Source: Amphiscolops sp. MND2022 (Eukaryota). Taken from it: DNA of 64,000 nucleotides. Position numbers and translations under genes: made by a program. Positions within the stretch are counted from its first letter, which is position 1, and every line of letters starts with the position of its first letter. Under the pieces are notes generated by a model. The model saw nothing but the letters and a program-made list of their open reading frames with translations, had not been told where the DNA came from and made no database searches. The stretch lies in NCBI GenBank assembly GCA_964187785.1, contig OZ076409.1, forward strand, positions 4,776,001 through 4,840,000. The letters run 5' to 3'. Below are positions 40,246-52,533 of the stretch, piece after piece.

Positions 40246-43200
40246 TGTAACGTCCAGCAAAAGACGTCACAAAAATTCGATGAAATGTGCGATAGCAAAA
40301 TTTCTAAATCAAGATGGCCGACCTGACAGGTACTGGAAATTGAAAAGGATGATGGAAAATAGTGCAAACGACACCCCCACCCAACCCGAGAGAGAACACA
40401 CCGTCACAGAAGTATCCCCGAAATCGCCGTGTTGTGCGATCTCCCTCGGAAGACGTCCCAGCTGCCAGCAGAACCCGAAGAATGGCCCAAGAGATGAAGA
40501 AACTCAGAAGTTCGCATATTTTGCGTGTGCCACCTAGTAGGTCCAAGACCAAGGCTCGCTGACACTGACGCCTGATGTTTTCTGAATCTATTGTACCATA
40601 TTTGCGGTTTTTGTAGGTGTTTGGTGATGTTTTACCCCTTATTTCACCCAGTTTAGACGTTATTCACTAATTGAATGTACTTTGGCTAAACCCCTGTTTT
40701 TGGACCTCGGAGGTATGTAGAAACACGCAGGAACATTAGGAATTGTTTTTACAGGCTTGTGGGACGTGTCCGGACTTTGAGAGAGCCGGCACGTCGCCTC
40801 GGAGCTCTAACTGAGGAGACTCCTTAGACGTATAGGAAAAGTCCCTTTTAGGAGACCATTTTGGGATTAAAAACTAATGTCTAGGTTGTAGTAAGACACT
40901 GGTCTCCTGTTCAAGCAATCTAGGCATTGTCCCACTTCTATGATGTACTCTGCTAGGTGGTTGACGTTACATCTAGAATAGTTTTTATGGCGCCCCACAA
41001 GGGACATTTTTCCATCTTTTCGCCATAATTGGAGTTTTTCCTGCTTTCCGGCCCTGCTAGGTCTAGATCTAGGAAAATTTGTTGGAGAGTCCTAGATTAT
41101 TTTTATTGCCTTAGTCAAGCCTGGTAGGCTTTCTACTAGCTGAATTCCTGCGTTTCCTGCGTATTTCCGAGGTCTGAAACCGAAAATCGACGATTTCAGA
41201 CAGTGTATCCCTTGTATTTTGATAACACCTGTTGAAAATGTTAATCCGGCCTATCCGGAACTGGTTTTAAAGGGTTTTGTAGCTCCGTTTCAGTAAACTA
41301 GCAATGTATGGGGACCGGGAGGACGAGTGCTGAAGGCCCCAATTAGCTGACGACAGTGTGTGAGCACCTCCGACATCACACCTCCAGTACCGCTGTAGTT
41401 GCCGTATACCCACGTCAATCGGGTTATATTGCTAATTCTTGCTAATAATCGGCCCAAAAAGCATATTCCCAGGCCTGTTCCCACTAAAATTAACTAAATT
41501 AACTGGGGAAAATACCCTGTGGGTGTTTGGACCAGTTGATTAAAAATTTGAGCGCGAAAACCTTGAAAACAACACCATATATAGCTCAAATACCGATTTT
41601 TGAGGTGTTGAAAGTTGAAATCTAGTGGAAAAGGATACGGCCAGTGGGAATACGAAAAAAACGTTCCATCGGACCTGCTAGGTCAGGAACAGAAAAATTT
41701 GCTGGGCTAAATTACTGAAACATCAAAAAAATTTAGCAATTTTTGTTTAAAAAACATCAATTTTGGCCTAAAAGAAAAAAAATTTGTGAGGGCGAAGCCT
41801 TGGGCATTTGTTCCCAAGTTTTAAGATCAGCCCAAAAACGTTGTTCCTGAGCTTGGTAGTACGAAACACTACTGTCAAGACAAATTTTAGCACCCCCCAA
41901 TAAAAATTGAAACTTTAACCCTTGATTTTCTTTTGTTATATATAGACCTGAGTAGAGGACCACGTAGACCTGAGCGTTATAAAAACCTAACTAATAATTG
42001 AAACAACCCCAGTCCCCTCAATAAAGTTGTCACACTTTCTAACACTACTATTAGAACCATTCGGAACGTCTGAGAACCGAGAAACAAAAAGTTCCTAGGG
42101 AAAATACGTATTTTCAGTACTGTCCCGAGAGTGTCAAAGGTGCAACTTGAAAGTTATTTTGAGAGACCTTATTTGGAACCTGCCAGGTTTCGCTCGCCTA
42201 TTTTCCGTTAGTATAGGGTATAACGTTGCAAACGCGGAAAACTGCGAGTAATTCCAACCAGTAGTTGCTGAAAAATAGTCGAAAACGCGTTGTTTTTGCG
42301 ACATTTTCGGAACACTGGAGTAGTGTCCCCAAGATAGGTCGAAATCTCTCCTGATAGGAGTAGCTCAAAACAGATTGCACCATCGTATAGATCATAAAAA
42401 GTTACGTTGGTGGTGTAATTGTCGTAGTGCTACCACTACTGGTGATTGAGAAATCTAAGCCGCAGTTTTGCTCAAAAATTGTACGAAACTGTCAAAAAAA
42501 AATCGAATTTTAGTTGAGCGTAGTGCAATACCTTCGGAGTATCCCAGCACTAAAATTCTTGCATTTTCGTACACACAGCACTAGATCCCGACGATTTGTG
42601 CATTTTGAGCAGCTTGCTACTGTCCAATTTGGAGAAATTGACATTTTTGTGAATTTTGGCCCCAGGAAGTGACTAATAGGGTACATCATAGTTTTGTCAA
42701 CTCGGATTGCGGAATATTGACCTGGGCACCCCGCTATTTTGTTTTTCTGTTACGTGGGCCTAATTCATGCTCGCATACAAAATTTCAGGTAGCTAGGAAG
42801 CCTAGAAGGCGAGTTTGACAGACTTTTGTAAATTTCACAACATAGTCGATTCTTCAAACAACATTCTGAAGCAACCCCAAGTCACGTATAATCAATTTTG
42901 GCGCAATCGGCGGTGATTTTCCCACGATTTGGTCACAATAGTATACCGTGTTAATTTTTCAGGTCGCTAGTAGCTCTAGAAGTGATTTTCACCTTCCCCA
43001 GGCGTGCATTTTGGCGTAGGAATTGCCGATTTTGAGAAATTTTGCGAAAAATTATACACTTTTCGTAGGTGTAGTTGCAAGTGAAGGTTTAAACGACCCT
43101 AGTTCTACACCAGACATTCATAGCACGTCCCATTGAAGTAATCAGAATGGAGCTAGCTCAACCCTAAAATCTTGGGTTTGTCAAAAAGCTGTCTACGAGA

Positions 43201-45329
43201 CATAGGAGTGCAAAACACAAAAATTGCATTTTCTCTCCCAACGGCCACCAGGGTCACCTAAGTGTGAACTGATAGGTGCATTCACGTTTGCCTCGACTGA
43301 GAAGTGACGCGAGAGAGCTAGAACGCAATTAGGAGTTCTCTAGGAGACGTGGATAGTGGACGCGGTGCGTCTCGAGACAGAAAATTGAGTAAATTTGAAA
43401 TTGTAAAGAACTGTATTTCCATTGATCGTGCTACGATCGTAAGGCAAGAAAGCACTTCAAACTCAGTGTTCATTGTCCTACTCATCCCCGAGGTCTACCC
43501 CTAGTCCCTAATAACATTTTTGTTTTTACTTGTGCTCTCCAGAAACAGGGCAGCATGAGTGACGAAACGACTTTTCAGACAATCTAACGTCTGTAGCCAA
43601 GCAGGCTTCTCAAAAAATCAATGTTCGTTGCTTGATTCATGCCTAAGGTGAACCTCGGTACTCGGTACCACAGTTGCATGAACCATATCGATGTGAAAAC
43701 ACCGGACAAGAGATTGGCCCGGGGAGCACCTGTACTCTGCCGAAAGGAATCAACACCAAGCATGATAAAACACCTGGAGTTTCGAAGCTCTGAGAACTGC
43801 TTGGCCTGCGGCCGTGCTTTTAGAACTCGAATGATTGCTCTGAAACTTGTTTTTGAAGCCAAAGACTGTTTTCATTGTTTTAATGATCCACTATACCTGA
43901 TTTTTTAACTTCCCTTGGTCATAGTCTATCATCGCTATCGACATAATCATCCTCTTGAGAAGCAGTTTATTTCCATCTTTTACATATACACTTGTGCCTA
44001 TATTACCTACACAACACCTTTATCTGAGCGTACACTGCTAACTCAATAGATTGAATGGGTCCTCGCTTTTGATGATATTTTTGAATTTTTGGGATCTATT
44101 TCTCTATTTGTGCTTTTTATTGTGCAGTTTCTGTTGGCCATAAACTACGACACTTTTGCAAGACCACAGCCATTACTTTTACTCTTCGCTTTTCTAGTGC
44201 TATCGTGCATTTTGTACAACCTAACCTATCAGGTGGGACCGAGATTGATGCCAATCCTGTTGTGATGAGTGCTTTTTATGCAGATGCAAAAAGGTGCTAG
44301 AAATTTTGAAATCTTGGTGCGAAATTAAAAGTTTGAAAATGTTTTGAATAAAAGGCTAAGTGTCTAAAGTTGCTAACGCTATTCCAGCGCTAGAACCCAT
44401 TGTTGGTGTGGAATCCAAGGAAATCTGCCAGGCTGGCAAAAACTCGTGTTTTTGGGCAATAACATGTTCTTGGGCAATGACTTCCATTTAGATTCCTGAA
44501 GTACCATGTCACAACTGCATCACTGGATCACTGGATGATGGCAACCAAGACGTGAACGTCCACTTTCGTTTGTCGAGGACGACAAACTACGGCCCGGGGA
44601 GGATGTAACGTCCAGCAAAAGACGTCACAAAAATTCGATGAAATGTGCGATAGTAAAATTTCTAAATCAAGATGGCCGACCTGACAGGTACTGGAAATTG
44701 AAAAGGATGATGGAAAATAGTGCAAACGACACCCCCACCCAACCCGAGAGAGAACACACCGTCACAGAAGTATCCCCGAAATCGCCGTGTTGTGCCATCT
44801 CCCTCGGAAGACGTCCCAGCTGCCAGCAGAACCCAAAGAATGGCCCAAGAGATGAAGAAACTCAGAAGTTCGCATATTTTGCGTGTGCCACCTAGTAGGT
44901 CCAAGACCAAGGCTCGCTGACACTGACGCCTGATGTTTTCTGAATCTATTGTACCATATTTGCGGTTTTTGTAGGTGTTTGGTGATGTTTTACCCCTTAT
45001 TTCACCCAGTTTAGACGTTATTCACTAATTGAATGTACTTTGGCTAAACCCCTGTTTTTGGACCTCGGAGGTATGTAGAAACACGCAGGAACATTAAGAA
45101 TTGTTTTTACAGGCTTGTGGGACGTGTCCGGACTTTGAGAGAGCCGGCACGTCGCCTCGGAGCTCTAACTGAGGAGACTCCTTAGACGTATAGGAAAAGT
45201 CTCTTTTAGGAGACCATTTTGGGATTAAAAACTAATGTCTAGGTTGTAGTAAGACACTGGTCTCCTGTTCAAGCAATCTAGGCATTGTCCCACTTCTATG
45301 ATGTACTCTGCTAGGTGGTTGACGTTACA
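40246..45329 (+). mobile_element. Non-autonomous LTR element (LARD-like), no gag/pol
   Basis: 726-bp LTRs 40246-40971 and 44604-45329 (TGTAACGTC...GACGTTACA, about 5 differences). tRNA-Lys-like PBS TGGCGCCCCACAAGGGAC at 40988-41005. PPT GGGGAGGA before 44604. Confidence 0.92.
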
Positions 45330-45423
45330 CTTTCGACGCCCAAAAACGATCTATAGAAATCGAAACTCTATAGTTATCTTTAGTCACTATCGGCCAAACG
45401 TTTTCATACAAAACCTCTAGATA
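45330..45423 (+). repeat. Right copy of the 94-bp target duplication
   Basis: Starts immediately after the terminal CA. Confidence 0.95.
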
Positions 45424-45477
45424 AACATTCTGGTTCACATGGATGGTTCTCCTGTTTTTTTCGATGAATCAGAATTG

Positions 45478-45806
45478 GGTACTCCTGACTAAGTGTGGTC
45501 CCAAGCTATTTCTCCTTACTTAGTGTGGTCCCTATATTATAAGTGTGGTCACTGCATAGTTTGTCGGAATTTTTATTGTTACGTCGTCAGCTATGTTCAC
45601 ATACTGCTAATGCCCTAAATGCAGGAGCGAAGCGAAGCGGAGCGACGTGCCATAAGGCCATGCCTCAATGTTGCTACTTGGCGAAGGGAGCGAAGCGACC
45701 GAGCCATACAACAAATATGCTAACTTCTTCTAGGGACCACACTTAGTCAGGAGTTTTCAGGCCGGCTGCATAAGTTTTGTAGGGACCACACTTAGTCAGG
45801 AGTACC
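45478..45806. mobile_element. MITE of the same family as 39203-39658, 8-bp TSD CAGAATTG
   Basis: Perfect TIR GGTACTCCTGACTAAGTGTGGTCCC; TSD at 45470-45477 and 45807-45814. Confidence 0.9.
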
Positions 45807-47783
45807 CAGAATTGTCCCAGAACTTGATCAAAAAGTAGCCCAACCCAGAACATGGCTTTCTGCTTGCCACTGTCCAGACTTTCCCCATGCTCAGAGAAGC
45901 TTAACACTCAACCATGTGCATGTGCGTGAGCTTTGTGACCTGCTATCCGGCTGGAGAACCCACCTGTTTTCATCCAAGAACATGACGGTCTCGCGCAAAT
46001 TGAGAGTCCTGGCTCAAGAGACCAGTATGAAATTGGCACCATATCATCTATTTCACCACCCAGGTACAACTTGTTGGGAATCCCCCCTCCCAACAACACG
46101 AAAGCACTTTTTGTTCTTGAATAAAAAATATTTCCCTGATAAGAGAATATTATATGAATGTATATACTTAGAGGATTGTCTCTACAACTGTTTGGACACT
46201 TCAGGTTAAAAAATTACCATAATTTTATGATATTATTGTCCAACATAGCAGAAATTCACGTTTGAAACAAACTAAAATCGTATAAATTGGTCCCTAATGT
46301 TTTGATATTATTGTCCAAAATAGCAGAAAATCACGCTTGGAACAAGCTAAAATTGTATAAATTGATTATGTCGACATCAATAATTTTATTGGATCAAAAT
46401 TTCAACGCAAACGACGTCGACATAATGGTATTTGAACCTTCTGTCTTAATTCCCCCCTTCCTGCCGCAGTTTGGGGGGAATAGATGACATGGTCCCGAAA
46501 TTGATCCCTGAATTCAAATTTTGGAGGATCAATGCAATACACTTTCGTAGTTTTTTATGGTTTGAAGTTTTTGGCATGGCTAAGCTCGCGTGGCCTTTTG
46601 ATGTGGTCGGGTTATTTTCAAAGAATGATGTGGTTCTCACTCGCATGATGAAAAGATTGCTTTGGTTTTCCAACCTTTAATGTGATGGGACAAAGTTCAG
46701 AAAACTGTTCAAACCCTTTGGAAATCCCGAGGTGGACCTTTTGTTGCTTGTCTCCCAGTTTTTTTGGCATGAAACGTCTGGCTAAAAATACTTCTGGCTA
46801 AAAAATCTTCACACTTGTAAGGGAGTGTCTTCTGCCGTTCCAAAGAATAAAAGTCTCAACTGTTTATCAGTAAAGTTTCAAGAGCGGTTTGAAAGTCTCT
46901 TTGATAAAGCAAAAGTAATAGTGTTCGGAGAATAAAGAAAACTGGAGATATTATCAAACAAGCATCCAGTGGAAGAGATTAATCTCATGTGGTAAAATTT
47001 ATGTATTTCTCCAACATGCACTTGAAGTTTCAAATTATTGATCCTTCTAGATATTCTTTCTGGAAGATTTCGTTTTGTCCACGAACATCCCGTACTTATG
47101 AGCTACAATCCTACTACTATGGAACTAATACGATTTGAAAAACAGCAGTTACGGAACTTATCAAAAAACAGAAAAAAAACTTGTTGAAAGTTGACACTGC
47201 TACGAAAACGGGAAGTCTTGAAATAAAAGTAATCGTTATGAAACGAAACAAACATGTCTAAATTTTCGCCTTTTGCACTGTTGAAATACTATCACCAAAG
47301 GCTGATTGTATTTTAATTTTCTTTGTTGTCGTGAAATTTTACGCGGAAAAAAACTTTTTTGTACCACAATCACAAACATCGGAAAAACTTGAGATTTGTG
47401 GAATGATTTAGTTTGTTCTCAATGTTATTCTTTCAGATTTGAGAAACCGACAAAAACTGCTTTATATATCTCTTTTTCTAATGAATCATGAATGTCCAAA
47501 CGTATAGACAGACAAAATGTACAGTCAAAAGAAGAGAACAAAAAAATAAAGGAACTAAGACGAAGCAAATAAAAAGCGAATGAAAACAAAGACACAAACG
47601 AAATAGAAATGAATGGCTCGGAGTGAGTCTCACCGGCTGTGGTCTGAATACTTCCTTCATTGCTAAAAGGGTGATTTCTCGCCACAAATTGTCAAACCAA
47701 GTCGGTCAATTCTGTTAATCTCCCGTCTAACAATCATTGTTCGATCCTAGTCGACAGGCAGTGTGTTCTAGTCACGTTCCTTA

Positions 47784-48467
47784 TAGTAGCGTTCTAAAAT
47801 ATCACAAATTAACATTGCCCAAAATTGCAAAATTCAAATCCAAATATCTTGAAAACTGTCACAAATACTAAAAATTGTCAGCTACGAAAGTTTCTTAGAA
47901 TTTTATCTAGCTTACAAAAATGTTTGTTTGAAATTTCTATGACGCTTACTGAGAACGTTAGAAAATGCAAATTTTAAGAAATTTTAATAGAAATTTGAGT
48001 TGTTTTTGGAAATTGAATAGCTTAGAATTAAAATTTTTGGATTGTTTTTTCATTCGGAGACTCCTTATAATCTCCCGAACCTACTGAATTGTTTTGGTCG
48101 AGAATTTTCTTCGAATCAGAAAAAATTAAAGTACATATATTAAGATAAGCTATAAGAATTGCATTTAGAAAATTGATGACTTTTATTTGAAATCGAAAAA
48201 TTTTCACCAAAAAGTTCCAAAATTATTTTTTAAACTTAGCGAAAATCAAGAAAAAATGCATATTTGATGAAATTTTGTCAAAATTTACAATTTCTAACTT
48301 TTGTATTTTTTTGCAGAAATTTCAAACAAGCATTTTTGTAAACTAGATAAAATTTTAAGAAACTTTCCTAGCTGGCAAATTTTTGTATTCGTGACAGTTC
48401 ACGAGATATTTGGTTTTGAATTTTGCCATTTTATGCAATGAGGTTGCGATATTTTAGAACGTTACTG
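47784..48467. mobile_element. Tc1/mariner-type MITE with long TIRs and TA TSD
   Basis: TAGTAGCGTTCTAAAATATC / GATATTTTAGAACGTTACTG flanked by TA; empty site in the duplicate near 51409. Confidence 0.85.
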
Positions 48468-49538
48468 TATTTCGTCGTAGGATGGTATGTTTTTTCACGT
48501 TCCCCCTGTTCATGTAACAGAATATTCGGGAAATGAAGATTAGCCATTTCGTACCAACTAAGATTGGCAATTGTTCTGAATTTATGAAAACTGTTATACA
48601 TGGGTTTAGGAATGAAAAGAACTAGGGTATGAAAAATTGATCAATTGATGTGGTTTAATGGTAGTTGATGTTGTGACAAAGAGGGCGTTGGGTTTTTGTA
48701 AATTTTTGTGGTCAATGAAGCATCATGCTATTTCAGTGTCTGGTTAAAGTTGGTGTACTGGTATTTTCTCAAATCCTGATTAGCACCATCTGCATCAAGT
48801 GCTAAACCGCAGTTATTAGACATTTTCAATCTATAGCGCAATCTAGCAGGTTACTGGTATTATTGCTTAAACGACGCTCTGGCATTCACAGCATCAACCC
48901 GTTATTTTCCGCCCACATATAATGGGGGAGGAAAATCATTATCTGTGTTGCGTTTTTTTCCAAATTCTGCCGAATGTCCGCGGTCTCCTTCAGCTTAGTT
49001 GACTATATTAAATACTTGACTAATTTAGTTACTGGTAATTAAGGCTGTTTGATTCATTAGTAATTACTACACTGGAAGAATAGCTCAACCGAATTAAGAT
49101 TAAATAGCCGAAGTTAGTTTAGATCGAAACGGCGGACGGTTGAAAAAGCTATTGGTTGAAATTGTGAGCGGTTGAAATGGCAACGGATGAAATTGCATAG
49201 GTTGAAAGTGTATAGGACGAAATGTCCTGAAACGAGTTTAGCGCATTTGACCTTTAGCAGGTTACTTTGAAACCGCAACTGCGAGCGTCTTTTGTTAGAC
49301 CATTCTGTTTTTTCAATACTGTACCAATTTGTACCAATTTATGCCTCCGATTTTTGACCTTTTCAGAATCACACTTTGAAACTAACCTTGCTCTTTCATC
49401 TTCGACAAGATGCTCAATCTTTTATCCAGTAAAAGTTTAGAACAGATCTAAAAACATGAAATTTGAGTTGCCAAATTACCTAACTTAAAAAATGTGACTT
49501 CAGAAAGAAACAAAAATTGTTTTTTCCTCTAAAAATTA

Positions 49539-49698
49539 TCATTGTGGGGAGTTTTTGCGGAATCGGGCAGAACAGGAAATTTTGAAAGATTTGGGTTGGT
49601 TGGATATGTCTTCATTTTCTGGGTTCTGGGAATTGAGGGAGGCCAGGAACTGTTGTTCTTCCTGTCTTTGAACGAGTCTGCACTGTGAATTGGTCCAT
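49539..49698 (-). pseudogene. Truncated duplicate of the Rab last exon (RLVQRQEEQQFLASLNSQNPENEDISNQPKSFKISCSARFRKNSPQ)
   Basis: Direct similarity to 56511-56669; lacks the acceptor; CC changed to CS. Confidence 0.85.
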
Positions 49699-50734
49699 AT
49701 TTTTTTCCAGTATTGTATTTGTACCACATTTAAAATACCCATATCTGCTGTCGCCCTAATTATGCGTTAGGGATTTAAACCAGGTTTATTATATAAAAGT
49801 TCGATGCTACTAGTTAATGTTGCTGTTGAAGTTAATCCAATCCGACGTCATTATTACGTTGAACCATATTTACTCTAATTTGGATACAATAATTATGTGT
49901 GCTAATCATTTTAATAAGGCTAAATTATCAAAAGATTGATCCATCTTATTCTCCTAGCATCTCTAAATATTCCCAGCAAGCGAGATTTGTTTTATTTTCT
50001 TCGAGTAAAAATTCAAAATCACTCCAGCGTCATCTCAGCGTCAATTTTTCTACGAACCAAAGCAGTAAAACAGGGAAACATTTCCGGTTTGACAGACTGA
50101 AGTAATATCTACTTCCTGCTTGGGAGGAAGCAAAAGGACGCCGGGATGAAATAATACACGCGCAAATTTCGGATCATAATGATTGTTTCATCGAAAAAAC
50201 AGGAAGTGACAAATTGTTCGAGAGAAATAGGGGATTTAGTCGTGATCAAATGATACTAGGAGGGTATAAATACGATGATATTCCATGGATAAGGGACTCA
50301 GTCTTTTGCATTCGTAAAACTCAGTTGCGCTATAATTCACTTATCTCAGCCTATTCCTTCATTTTTGTTTAAAATATATAGCAAAGACAAATTGAATTAT
50401 CCAAACAAAACTTTCTTCATTCAAAGTGTCGACTACAAGAAGCCAAAAGAGAAAGAACAATCAGCAGGAGAGCACCGAAAGTGTTAGTGAAGTTTCTGTT
50501 TCACCGATAATGGTAGAAAATTCTTGTCCATTAGACCAGGACGTAGCCGTTGCGGGACCTTCGAAGCCGAAATCCCCTAGGATCGAAAATAGCTTCTGGA
50601 AAAGTTTGAGGGCTTCTTTGAAAGAAGAAATCATATCTGAAATTAGGAATCTTCTCGTTGAATCTCAGAAAGAGATGAAGAAACTGCTACGATCAACTCT
50701 ACTCAAAACAACGACCTGTGTGGTAGTCGTAACA
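49699..50734 (+). mobile_element. LTR remnant ending ...AGTCGTAACA, containing a gag-like N-terminal ORF (50426 onward)
   Basis: TATAAA at 50265, Inr-like TCAGTC at 50298, ORF STTRSQKRK...SLRASLKEEIISEIRNLL, terminal CA at 50734. The left end is unclear. Confidence 0.55.
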
Positions 50735-52366
50735 CCTACTACTATGGAACTAATACGATTTGAAAAAGAGCAGTTACGGAACTTTTCAAAAAACAGAAAA
50801 ACTAAACTTGTTGAAAGTTGACACTGTTACGAGAACGGGAAGTCTTGAAATAGTAGTAATCGTTATGAAACGAAACAATCATGTCTAAATTTTCGCCTTT
50901 TGCACTGTTGAAATACTATCACCAAAGGCTGATTGTATTTTAATTTTCTTTGTTGTCGTGAAATTTTACGCGGAAAAAAACTTTTTTGTACCACAATCAC
51001 AAACATCGGAAAAACTTGAGATTTGTGGAATGATTTAGTTTGTTCTCAATGGTATTCTTTCAGATTTGAGAAACCGACAAAAACTGCTTTATATAACTCT
51101 TTTTCTAATGAATCATGAATGTTCAAACGTGTAGAAAGACAAAATGTACAGTCAAAAGAAGAGAACAAAAAAAATAAAGGAAGTAAGACGAAGCAAATAA
51201 AAAGCGAATGAAAACAAAGACACAAACGAAATAGAAATGAATGGCTCGGAGTGAGTCTCACCGGCTGTGGTCTGACTACTCCCTTCATTGCTAAAAGGGA
51301 GATTTCTGGCCACAAATTGTCAAACCAAGTCGGTCAATTCTGTTAATCTCCCGTCTAACAATCATTGTTCGATCCTAGTCGACATGTAGTGTGTTCTAGT
51401 CAGTTTCCTGATTTCGTCGTACGATGGTATGTTTTTTCACGTTTCCCCAGTTCATGTAACAGAATATTCGGGGAATGAAGATTAGCCATTTCGTACCAAC
51501 TAGGATTGGCAATCTTGGTTCTGAATTTATGAAAACTGTTACATGGGTTTAGGAATGAAAAGAACTAGGATATGAAAAATTGATGAATTGACGTGGTTTA
51601 ATGGTAGTTGATGTTGTGATAAAGAGGGCATTGGGTATTTGTAAAGGTTTGCAGTCAGCGAAGCATCTTCCTATTCCAGTGTCTGGTTAAAGTAGGTGTA
51701 CTGGTATTTTCTCAAATCCCCATTAGCACCATCTGCATCAAGTGCTTTCAATCTAAAGCGCTATCTAGCAATGGTTACTGATATGCTTGCTTGAAGGAGT
51801 CACCGTATCAACCTTGTTTATAATGATGATGTAATCATTCATCACTTTTTGAAGCCATGATGGGTACGGCGTAGTTTTGCAAATGGGATGTATCGAAATT
51901 TTGAAATACCCTGGATATAAAAACTACACTGTGTGCAAAAACTATTCAGTATCATGATATACTGAGAATTAGATGTTTTGCTTTGAATTTCAACTATAGC
52001 CTCAAGAAATGGCTTTTTCAAAAGTTGTGTTTGGGGCGTAACCAGTACCGAAGATCTGTCTAATCATGATTGTTAGCCCCTAAGCATATCATTCATCTAT
52101 AGCTTAGTTTAACGCATTTCACCTTTAACAAGTTACTTTTAAAACCACAGCTGCGAGCGTCTTTTGCTAGACCATTCGGATTTTCAAATACAGTGGTGAA
52201 AATAAAGATCGAATCTAGCTTAAACGTTTGTCAGCCCAATTGTTTCGTTGTTGTTTGTCATTCAGAAAAGTACTAATTAATATAAAACTTTGACAGCACA
52301 TTACGACGAAAGCGTTGCTACATGACTTCTACCGTAGTTTTGCTCGATCTTGTCCATTGGACAGAA

Positions 52367-52462
<96 letters not shown>
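52367..52462. repeat. (AAT)32 microsatellite = LINE 3' tail
   Basis: Perfect repeat about 70 bp beyond the ORF2 stop. Confidence 0.95.
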
Positions 52463-52463
<1 letters not shown>

Positions 52464-52533
52464 GGTTTTTCCCGAAGGAGGGGACAGGGTCCCAGAATTC
52501 CACAGGTTCTCCTTAAAGTTGTCCGGCTTTCGC

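Larger units (their letters stand above)
47110..49698. repeat. Copy A of a segmental duplication (partner 50735-56669) covering the Rab 3' end and downstream DNA
   Basis: Colinear blocks 47110-47783, 48468-48860, 49235-49320 and 49340-49698 match 50735-51780, 52105-52190 and 56300-56669. Confidence 0.88.

Noticed and set aside
40280..40562. ORFs within the 726-bp LTRs (repeated at 44638-44920)
   Set aside because: Short, overlapping in several frames, no motifs; duplication is explained by LTR identity.
40811..40850. CTGAGGA...GAAA in the LTR as a hammerhead ribozyme
   Set aside because: Stem II is not followed by the GAAA core in the correct register.
45820..47100. Short ORFs with a coding-like look and an inverted GxIDDMVP similarity
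   Set aside because: Fragmented and no recognisable domain; cannot be assigned without a database search.
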